From the NCBI GenBank assembly GCA_038062165.1, contig JBBTXQ010000052.1, positions 11,748 to 35,747 of the forward strand: DNA of 24,000 nt, written 5' to 3'. Positions 15,663 to 22,461 of the stretch are shown one piece after another. Each line of letters opens with the position of its first letter. Position 1 is the stretch's first letter. Source of the stretch: Patescibacteria group bacterium (GTDB lineage Bacteria; Patescibacteriota; Minisyncoccia; Phycocordibacterales; DATDSR01). Under the pieces are notes generated by a model. It searched no databases, had not been told where the DNA came from, and saw only the letters and a program-made list of their open reading frames with translations. A program made the position numbers and the translations under genes.

Positions 15663-16553
15663 TTATGCCCTGCTGACGATATGTTTCAGAAACTCGCGCA
15701 GAGATGAGCCAACTGCTTTGAGTGAGTTACTCAAGTGATACTCGGGGCCGAGGGGCGGCAAGGGATCGACTTCGAGCACTATCGGACCGCGGCGGGTAAA
15801 AATTATGTCTGTGGAGGAGTAGTGTCGCAAGCCGAGAGCTTTGTGGGCAGTAATTGCAATTTCACTTGCCAGATTTCTGTCTTCTCGCGAGAGCATACGG
15901 GGTTGAGTGAGACTTAGGTTATCTATGGGCAGGAGTGTGTAATCTCGCTTACCACGGAAGCCTTCGATGAACACAACTTTGACCTCCGGACCCTGAAGGC
16001 GCTCCTCGACCAAAACTTTTTTGTAATTAAGGAGACTGCGAACTAGAGTTTCTGCCAGATCTCTTTGCGCTCTAACTATTTCTATTCCTTGCGACATCGT
16101 GCCGAAGAGGGGCTTGACTACATACTGCCCGCCCATATTCCGATGCAATTCATCTGTCACATCGTACGGATCTCGTAGCGTATCTACAACAACTCCCATC
16201 GGAACAACAAGGCCAGCCCTTGTAAGGATATTTTTGGCAAGATTTTTATTGAAGGTGAGAGATAGAGCTGTTGGTTGTGAGCCGGTATAACGCGCGCCGA
16301 TCATATCAAGGACTCGCACCGCTTGACCATCCTCTCCGTACGAGCCGTGCAGGGCATTCACAAACACATCCGCTTGATTGAGGAGTCTTATGGGCTGAAT
16401 CGACAATCCTCCCTTATACCAGAGTCCATCGCGATCTATAAATATGTCAGTGGGATTGTGATCAGCGCGCAAGTTCTCAAGTGCGTGTTGTCCAGACTCA
16501 AGAGAAGTCTCATAAGCATCACTCGGTCCACCCCGCAGTACTGCAATCCGCAT
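15663..16553 (-). CDS. ddl: D-alanine--D-alanine ligase
   Basis: 296 aa with an ATP-grasp layout: MRIAVLRGGPS, ALHGSYGEDG, VVKP..GTMSQGI and a C-terminal LEVDPLP. The start overlaps the uvrC stop by 1 nt. Confidence 0.85.
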   Translation of the reverse strand: MRIAVLRGGPSDAYETSLESGQHALENLRADHNPTDIFIDRDGLWYKGGLSIQPIRLLNQADVFVNALHGSYGEDGQAVRVLDMIGARYTGSQPTALSLTFNKNLAKNILTRAGLVVPMGVVVDTLRDPYDVTDELHRNMGGQYVVKPLFGTMSQGIEIVRAQRDLAETLVRSLLNYKKVLVEERLQGPEVKVVFIEGFRGKRDYTLLPIDNLSLTQPRMLSREDRNLASEIAITAHKALGLRHYSSTDIIFTRRGPIVLEVDPLPPLGPEYHLSNSLKAVGSSLREFLKHIVSRA

Positions 16554-17821
16554 TACTTAATCCTATCACGAATTAGTATGTGGTAATTAATCGCGAATCT
16601 GTGAGCTTCTTGATTGGTTATCAAAATATCGTGATGATAATTCTTCACAATCTGCGCATCTCCGATTATGTGATCTGGCTTATGTTTGTCATTTTTTACT
16701 ACCGACACAATTTCGGGTTTGCAAATTGCAAATTGCTCCTTGCTCATTGCTAAGCGAGCAATTGCGAGTTGAGCCCTGCCGCCGTCAATGACAATGAGAT
16801 CCGGCATGCGCCATTCGGTATGCTTGAAGCGTCGCTCTAGCACTTCCTTAAAACTACCTACATCGTTATTTGTGTGAGTACGAATCTTGAAACGCTTGTA
16901 CTCGTGCCGAGCCAGCACGCCATCCTCCATGACCACCATCGAGCCAACAGTATTCGTGCCAGATATGTGAGCTATATCATAAGCCTCGATCCTAAATCCC
17001 CTCTCATTCTCACTTAGTCGCCTTGCCTCTAAGTTGCGCTTATAGAGTACGACGTCGTTGATGTGCTCGAGTGCGAAAATTTTATTGCGCAACTCTGCCG
17101 CCTTCTCAAAAATTCTCAATTTAGCTGCCTGCTTCATGTGCTTGCGCAAGCCTCGCAGGATCTCTTGTTTCTTGCCCTGAAAAAATAGACTGATGCTCCT
17201 GATAACTTTTGCATACTCTCCTTTTGAGATCTCGCCCGTGCACACTCCCGGGCACAATCCAATCTGGCGATTGAAGCACGGCCTACAGTGGCCTTGCCGC
17301 TCACTTAGCGGCAAGGCCACTAAGTCACAGGGTGTACACTTGACATCGCGGAACGGAAAGATCCGGCGGATAATCTTGAGCGCTTCGCGTAGTTCTAGAC
17401 CATGCGGGAAAGGTCCGAAAGTAGATGCTAGATCATAGGTACTAGTTGCTAGGCTTGATCCCCGAACCACTAATACTCTGGGAAACTCTTCTCTTGTTAT
17501 CACTACATAATTAAATGTCTTGCCATCTTTCTCATCAGAGTTGCCTATGGGTTGATACTTTTTGATAAGCGCCGCCTCAAGGATGAGCGCCTCGAGCACA
17601 GAATCAGTAACTTTAAAGTCTATGCCGGCTGCCTGCTCAAGCATCTTCACGATCTTGGGCCCCCGCGTCTCAAGCAAATCCTTTGCAAAATAACTCTTAA
17701 CCCGAGAGCGTAAGCTAGTCGCCTTGCCAATATACAAAATTTCACTCCCCTTCTTAAAAATGTAAACTCCCGGCCTATCCGGCAGTCCTTTTACTTTGGC
17801 ACTTGACATCATATTGGCCAT
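16553..17821 (-). CDS. uvrC: excinuclease ABC subunit C, short form without the C-terminal (HhH)2
   Basis: GIY-YIG domain (PGVYIF..ILYIGKATSLRSRVKSYF), UVR domain (FEKAAELRNKIFALE) and RIEAYDIAHISG. The start is moved to MANMM (17821); the track extension lies in a structured GC-rich element. Confidence 0.85.
   Translation of the reverse strand: MANMMSSAKVKGLPDRPGVYIFKKGSEILYIGKATSLRSRVKSYFAKDLLETRGPKIVKMLEQAAGIDFKVTDSVLEALILEAALIKKYQPIGNSDEKDGKTFNYVVITREEFPRVLVVRGSSLATSTYDLASTFGPFPHGLELREALKIIRRIFPFRDVKCTPCDLVALPLSERQGHCRPCFNRQIGLCPGVCTGEISKGEYAKVIRSISLFFQGKKQEILRGLRKHMKQAAKLRIFEKAAELRNKIFALEHINDVVLYKRNLEARRLSENERGFRIEAYDIAHISGTNTVGSMVVMEDGVLARHEYKRFKIRTHTNNDVGSFKEVLERRFKHTEWRMPDLIVIDGGRAQLAIARLAMSKEQFAICKPEIVSVVKNDKHKPDHIIGDAQIVKNYHHDILITNQEAHRFAINYHILIRDRIK
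17288..17320. repeat. 33-nt hairpin (14-bp perfect stem) in frame inside uvrC
   Basis: GTGGCCTTGCCGCT-CACTT-AGCGGCAAGGCCAC, translated as LVALPLSERQGH. Confidence 0.85.
17426..17453. repeat. tandem heptamer repeat (TnnTAGn x4) inside uvrC
   Basis: TGCTAGA TCATAGG TACTAGT TGCTAGG, translated as SLATSTYDLAS. Confidence 0.7.
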
Positions 17822-17838
17822 TATACTAACATGGCAAT

Positions 17839-17987
17839 GGGCAGGTCTCGAGAACGGGTATCGGTCCGGGTCCAACTGTTAAGGGCCACGACCTGGCGCG
17901 CAGGCACATGAGGGGAGTATTCACTTTTCACCTCTGGCCTGGAGAGTCTCCGGCCGGAGCAAGCGCGCTCGATCACGGGACCTGCCC
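17839..17987 (-). other. GC-rich structured element closed by a long-range inverted repeat, immediately 5' of uvrC
   Basis: GGGCAGGT(CTCGAG) at 17839-17852 pairs with (CTCGA..)ACCTGCCC at 17968-17987. The inner helices are GCGCGC/GCGCGC, CAGGC/GCCUG and GAGG/CCUC. Confidence 0.4.
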
Positions 17988-18056
17988 TTTTCATCAAAAT
18001 AATATACTTTCTCGCAACACGGGGGCCCAGGAGGTCCCCTTAGTGATTTTAAAGAC

Positions 18057-20609
18057 CTACTTTTTCAGAACTCTGCGTAGATACTTTGCGGTGTGAGATA
18101 TGTGTGTGGTGGGCAGGAAGGAAATATCCCGAGGTGTGCCTTTGGCTACAATCTTGCCGCCCTCATCGCCGCCTTCGGGACCCATGTCTATTATCCAGTC
18201 ACATGATTTGATCATATCCATGTTGTGCTCTATTACTATCACTGTATTGCCCCTATTTACCAATTTTTGCAAAATTTCTATAAGCTTTTTTACATCTTCG
18301 TAATGCAAGCCTACCGTTGGCTCATCTAAAAGGTAAATAGTTTTTGTAGTAAGAGGTCGGTATAACTCTGAACTAATTTTCACCCTCTGCGCTTCGCCAC
18401 CAGAAAGAGTTGTGGCACTCTGGCCAAGTTCGAGATAACTAAGACCAACACTATCAAGTGAATTTAGACGATCAGAGATGGCCGGGATATCTTCGAAGAA
18501 TTTAACTGCCTCCTCTACTGTCATCTTCAGAATCTCGTGAATATTCTTTTTCTTATACGTGACTTCAAGCGTATCTTTATTGAAGCGCTTCCCGCCGCAG
18601 ACGTCGCAAGGCACATAGACAGTGGGCAGGAAGTGCATCTCGACAGCTATCTCTCCATTCCCTTCACAGGTCTCACAACGGCCACCGTTCTTAACGTTGA
18701 ATGAAAATCTTGATGGCCCCCAACCTCGAAAGCGTGCCTCTTCCGTTTCGGCGAAAATATCGCGTATATGCGACCAAGCCCCTGTATAAGTGGCTGGGTT
18801 GGATCTGGGTGTACGGCCAATGGGGCTCTGGTCTATCAAGATCGCTCGACCCAGATATTCAGTGCCCGAGAATGTGCCCACATTGTAAATTTGATTTGAT
18901 CTGTAACGACGATCAAATTTGGCTTGCAGATTCTTGTGCAAGATCTCGTAGAGGAAGCTGGACTTGCCCGAACCAGACACGCCAGTAAGAGCGACCAGCC
19001 TACCCAATGGCACTTCAATATTTAAATTTTTAATGTTAAATACATTGCCACCTTGAATTTTTATCGCGCCCTTATCTTGCGTACGATACTCATCAGGAAG
19101 TTCAACTCTTTGTTCACCGCGCAGATAATCAACTGTTGTTGAGTTAAATGTGTTCTTTTTGGCAGTTAACAAATGCTCTGTCCAGTTGGCCACAACTATC
19201 TTACCCCCGTGCACGCCGGCGCCCGGGCCAATATCTACCAAGTAATCGCTCGAAAAAATTGTGTCCTCATCATGTTCTATCACAATAATTGTGTTACCAA
19301 GATCGCGCAACTCGTGCAAGGTCTTGATAAGCAAATCATTATCGCGGCTATGCAAGCCAATAGTAGGCTCATCTAGTACGTAGAGCGTACCCACTAAACG
19401 TGAGCCCAACTGGGAAGCTAGTCTGATTCTTTGCGCTTCGCCGCCCGAAAGTGTGTTGGCCCTCCGATCGAGAGCTAAATAACCTAGACCAACGTCGTTC
19501 ATGAATTTAAGCCGTGATTCGATTTCCTTAATTACCACAGCACTAATCCCCTTCTCGCGGACAGTTAACCTAGTCTTGCTGAAAAACTCAATTGCATCGC
19601 GAATAGCCAGCGCGCTCACTTGCACTATGTTCTTATTCCCAATGAGCACAGCCAGAGCCTCTTTGCGTAGTCTTACACCGGAACATTCTTCGCATGGTTC
19701 TTCGCCAAACATATGCTTGGTGCCCAAGCCATGACAGACCGGGCATGCACCAAATGGAGAGTTGAATGAGAATAACCTTGGCTCAACTTCTGGAAACGAG
19801 AAGCCGTCCCGAGGGCACGAGAACTTACTCGACATCAAGAATTCGCTATCTTTCGAGATAATCATCACCACACCGTCCGCTTCATTCAGCGCCTTCTCTA
19901 CTGATTCTGACAATCTCTGTGTGAATTCCTGCCTGCCGGCAGGCAGGCTTTCCTCACTAGCATCCAGCTCGTCTACTAGTACTTCAATAGAGTGCTTCTT
20001 ATTTTTATCCAGAATTATCTGCTCGCGTAAGTTTTTAAAAACTCCGTCTACTCGCACTGTTCTGTAGCCTTTGTTAAGTAGATCATAGAGAAGCTGATAG
20101 TATTCGCCCTTTCTGCCTCGCACAACCGGCGCAAGTATCTTCACATTTCCCGAAACCGGGTTTCGGGAATCCTTAGAAACCCGGTTTCTGATTGCGTTTA
20201 TTATCTCTTGGGGCGCGAGCTTCTCGATCTCTTGCCCACACACCAGACAATGCGGCCGGCCAATACGCGCATATAAGACGCGCAAGTAATCATAAATTTC
20301 TGTAATCGTGGCGACAGTTGATCTGGGATTATTTGAACGCGACTTCTGGTCAATCGAGATTGCAGGGCTAAGTCCCTCTATCTCGTCTACATCGGGCTTC
20401 TGCATTTGCCTAATAAACTGCCTCGCGTACGAGGAGAGCGACTCGACATAGCGCCTCTGACCTTCGGCGAAGATAGTGTCGAAGGCCAAACTTGACTTGC
20501 CCGATCCAGAGAGACCTGTGAAGACAACCATCTTGCCCCGTGGCAAGTCCACGTTTACATTCTTAAGATTGTGGGTGCGAGCACCCTTTATTTTGATCCA
20601 GTCCTGCAA
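18057..20609 (-). CDS. uvrA: excinuclease ABC subunit A (850 aa, insertion domain apparently absent)
   Basis: Two ABC modules ([18 protein letters not shown], and LSGGEAQR twice) plus zinc modules (CxxC pairs). Confidence 0.95.
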   Translation of the reverse strand: MQDWIKIKGARTHNLKNVNVDLPRGKMVVFTGLSGSGKSSLAFDTIFAEGQRRYVESLSSYARQFIRQMQKPDVDEIEGLSPAISIDQKSRSNNPRSTVATITEIYDYLRVLYARIGRPHCLVCGQEIEKLAPQEIINAIRNRVSKDSRNPVSGNVKILAPVVRGRKGEYYQLLYDLLNKGYRTVRVDGVFKNLREQIILDKNKKHSIEVLVDELDASEESLPAGRQEFTQRLSESVEKALNEADGVVMIISKDSEFLMSSKFSCPRDGFSFPEVEPRLFSFNSPFGACPVCHGLGTKHMFGEEPCEECSGVRLRKEALAVLIGNKNIVQVSALAIRDAIEFFSKTRLTVREKGISAVVIKEIESRLKFMNDVGLGYLALDRRANTLSGGEAQRIRLASQLGSRLVGTLYVLDEPTIGLHSRDNDLLIKTLHELRDLGNTIIVIEHDEDTIFSSDYLVDIGPGAGVHGGKIVVANWTEHLLTAKKNTFNSTTVDYLRGEQRVELPDEYRTQDKGAIKIQGGNVFNIKNLNIEVPLGRLVALTGVSGSGKSSFLYEILHKNLQAKFDRRYRSNQIYNVGTFSGTEYLGRAILIDQSPIGRTPRSNPATYTGAWSHIRDIFAETEEARFRGWGPSRFSFNVKNGGRCETCEGNGEIAVEMHFLPTVYVPCDVCGGKRFNKDTLEVTYKKKNIHEILKMTVEEAVKFFEDIPAISDRLNSLDSVGLSYLELGQSATTLSGGEAQRVKISSELYRPLTTKTIYLLDEPTVGLHYEDVKKLIEILQKLVNRGNTVIVIEHNMDMIKSCDWIIDMGPEGGDEGGKIVAKGTPRDISFLPTTHISHTAKYLRRVLKK
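19928..19947. repeat. GC-rich palindrome CCTGCCTGCCGGCAGGCAGG (in uvrA)
   Basis: Perfect 20-nt palindrome, equal to the mnmA/leuS element minus one T. It encodes SLPAGRQE. Confidence 0.9.
20148..20189. repeat. two adjacent related palindromes inside uvrA
   Basis: TCCCGAAACCGGGTTTCGGGA (20148-20168) and AGAAACCCGGTTTCT (20175-20189), translated as [15 protein letters not shown]. Confidence 0.8.
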
Positions 20610-20615
20610 GTTAGT

Positions 20616-21296
20616 CTATAGAGCGACGAAGCTTGAGGCAACCATCTTGCCACCTTGCGTAATAGGCACATCTAGGTGGTAATCGAACTGCTTGTCGCCA
20701 TCGTCGTTGTGAATTACAACAAAATAAGTTTTGCCACTGATTGTATTGCGAAGGACTTCAATCTGACCAGAAGAGTAAGAACCCGGATCGAATCTCTGAG
20801 CACCAAGCATCCAACCGGGATTGCCCGACTCATCTGCATCGTGCACCACCGCCCAACCACTCGTGCTAATCGTAATAGCATCTAGATTAACTATATTGCC
20901 TGCGGGCTGATTGCTCACGCTCACAGAATTAGCGCCTGTAACATTTGCAGTCACAGTTTGGCTACTTGCATTAGTAACAGTGCCCTGTACCTGACCACCT
21001 AAATTCAAACCACCAGTTACGCCTGTTGCCTCTGGGCTAGTCTCATCAGTCCCTGTCTGGTTCGTGTCGCTCGTATTCACATCATCTGTATTTGGAGCTT
21101 CTGTTTTTGGTGCGGTAACGTATGAGGCAATAATCCAGATAGCCAAGATTGTGATCACTAAATAAAGCCAATGTTCTTTTCTCATGCCAGTTTTATTAGC
21201 ACTATTAATCTCCTTGACATTACTATTAAAAGTTTGCGTTCTAGAATCCTTCCCAGGATTCTGTGCTTGGTTTGTATTCATGGCCGCAATATACAC
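20616..21296 (-). CDS. membrane-anchored extracytoplasmic protein with a Thr/Asn/Ser-rich linker and a C-terminal beta-rich domain
   Basis: 226 aa with a single TM helix ([18 protein letters not shown]) and a low-complexity linker. The start could be the internal Met at 21281. Confidence 0.65.
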   Translation of the reverse strand: MYIAAMNTNQAQNPGKDSRTQTFNSNVKEINSANKTGMRKEHWLYLVITILAIWIIASYVTAPKTEAPNTDDVNTSDTNQTGTDETSPEATGVTGGLNLGGQVQGTVTNASSQTVTANVTGANSVSVSNQPAGNIVNLDAITISTSGWAVVHDADESGNPGWMLGAQRFDPGSYSSGQIEVLRNTISGKTYFVVIHNDDGDKQFDYHLDVPITQGGKMVASSFVAL

Positions 21297-21311
21297 CTAA
21301 TCTGAGTAAAT

Positions 21312-21663
21312 GAAAAGGGGTCCTCTGCTTACGCTTTGGTACCCCCGCGCTTCGGCCCTCGAAAGGGCTTGGCACTTGTGGTCTCAGCTTGCGCCGAGTT
21401 TTTTCTCCTCCCACCGTGGAGGGTCGTTTTCCTGTTGGACCCCGAAGGGACAGGAAAGCACGTGATCCGAAGGACACCCCTCGGTGTTAGAGCCTTGCGA
21501 CTCCAACTGCTACCCGCCGTTGGAACAGCGAGTGCTACCCAGAGGAAATCCTCCAGACTTCCGGTCCGAAGGCCTGAAGCGTGCACGACCTTCCCAAGGT
21601 CACCGCGGATTGCCTTGCGACTCTCCGAAGTGCCTTGGGAATCTTCTCTTGCGTCCTGATCCT
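21312..21663 (-). ncRNA. large GC-rich structured RNA candidate, class unknown
   Basis: Read on the minus strand it has several UUCG loops (for example CCC-UUCG-GGG and GCCCU-UUCG-AGGGC) and GCAA loops (GAGUC-GCAA-GGCUC, CUCGGC-GCAA-GCUGAG). It has long helices UUCCCAAGG/CCUUGGGAA and UUUCCUGU/ACAGGAAA. A promoter lies upstream and a hairpin plus U-tract at the 3' end. Overlapping ORFs on both strands are not protein-like. Confidence 0.6.
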
Positions 21664-21669
21664 AGAGTT

Positions 21670-21697
21670 ATCTTACTTCCCTCAAAATTCGTGTCAA
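21670..21697 (-). promoter_or_regulatory. sigma-70-like promoter for the structured RNA
   Basis: On the minus strand: TTGACA (21697-21692), a 16-nt spacer, then TAAGAT (21675-21670). Confidence 0.4.
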
Positions 21698-21783
21698 TAC
21701 CCGTAAAATAGACAAACTTCTCAAATGAGTGCAAAACCTGTGGATTCACTGGGGACAAGCTTTCTGCAGAGGTTACCCTCCGC

Positions 21784-21812
21784 TTGCGTTATTTTGCAGG
21801 TTATGATATAAT
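21784..21812 (+). promoter_or_regulatory. sigma-70-like promoter for the 21916-22362 gene
   Basis: TTGCGT (21784-21789), a 17-nt spacer, then consensus TATAAT (21807-21812). Confidence 0.5.
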
Positions 21813-21817
21813 TGCTT

Positions 21818-21915
21818 TAGATTCCTTCTAGTAAGCCGCGGCGGCTGAACGAGACGGAGCACTCTCCGTCGGCAATCCGCCGGGACCTCTCGAGCAATCT
21901 CGAAAGGAGCAAAGT
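21818..21915 (+). promoter_or_regulatory. structured GC-rich 5' leader
   Basis: CGGCGG(21839-44)..CCGCCG(21877-82) encloses the perfect hairpin GACGGAG-CACT-CTCCGTC (21853-21870). A second hairpin, TCGAG-CAAT-CTCGA, abuts the SD AAGGAG. Confidence 0.4.
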
Positions 21916-22362
21916 ATGAAGATACTGTTTGCACTGATCTTCACATTCGCAAACCTTGCCTTATTCATGGTAACGGGAAGTAAAGAGCTACTTCCATTTC
22001 TTACGGGTATGACTGGTTGCATTGCAATCACTCTGCATTGGTCAATTGCGCGAGACAGCAAAGACAAACTGAAAAAGGTAGAGGCAGAACTAGACGATGA
22101 ACGTAAGTTTCGCAGACTAGTTCTTGGCCTTTGGGATGGAGCGGGAGCACGCGTTGTGATAGAGGAAGGAGCCAAAACTGTCTTCTGGATGGAGCAGGAG
22201 GCTATCCAAGCGAGCAAGATCAGTAGTGACTACTTGCAGAAGAAGCGCGACGAGGCGGCTGACAACTTTACCCAGCTCGTTGCGGTGATCAACAAGATTA
22301 CAAATGGTCACTGGGTTGACAGACTCAACCACTACCGCGAGATGTTTGCAAAGAAGGAGTAA
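21916..22362 (+). CDS. hypothetical protein with two N-terminal TM helices and a charged helical C-terminal region
   Basis: 148 aa. An SD (AAGGAG) lies 6 nt before the ATG and a terminator hairpin follows. Confidence 0.65.
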   Translation: MKILFALIFTFANLALFMVTGSKELLPFLTGMTGCIAITLHWSIARDSKDKLKKVEAELDDERKFRRLVLGLWDGAGARVVIEEGAKTVFWMEQEAIQASKISSDYLQKKRDEAADNFTQLVAVINKITNGHWVDRLNHYREMFAKKE

Positions 22363-22369
22363 CTCACTG

Positions 22370-22409
22370 CAGGGCGATGGACACCAGTTCCTCGCCCTGA
22401 CTTCTTTTC
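22370..22409 (+). terminator. intrinsic terminator
   Basis: CAGGGCGA (22370-77) pairs with TCGCCCTG (22392-99), followed by ACTTCTTTTCATT. A second long hairpin (GAATCT..ATGTCCG/CGGACAT..AGATTC, 22422-22455) lies next to the uvrB stop. Confidence 0.5.
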
Positions 22410-22461
22410 ATTATAGTCCCTGAATCTATGATGTCCGACCGGACATTTGAGATTCAGATTC

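Noticed and set aside
17822-17875. The upstream start (MDPDRYPFSRPAHCHVSI) for uvrC
   Set aside because: The extension is read out of the GC-rich inverted-repeat element. UvrC homologues start about 15-20 residues before PGVY, which fits the ATG at 17821.
21312-21663. Identifying the structured RNA as RNase P RNA, tmRNA, SRP RNA or a T-box leader
   Set aside because: I looked on both strands for GAGGAAAGUCC / ACAGAAnCCGGCUUA (RNase P P4), a GGGG 5' end with a T-arm plus ACCA 3' end (tmRNA), GGUCCGGAAGGAAGCAGC (SRP helix 8) and GGGUGGUACCGCG (T-box). I found only weak partial resemblances (for example GGGGGUACC and GAGGAAAUCC) in the wrong positions. A covariance-model scan is still needed.
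21329-21711. ORFs 21329-21586(-), 21241-21477(-), 21336-21659(+) and 21484-21711(+)
   Set aside because: They overlap on both strands, give Arg/Pro/Gly-rich products and lack an SD. The region is better explained as structured RNA.
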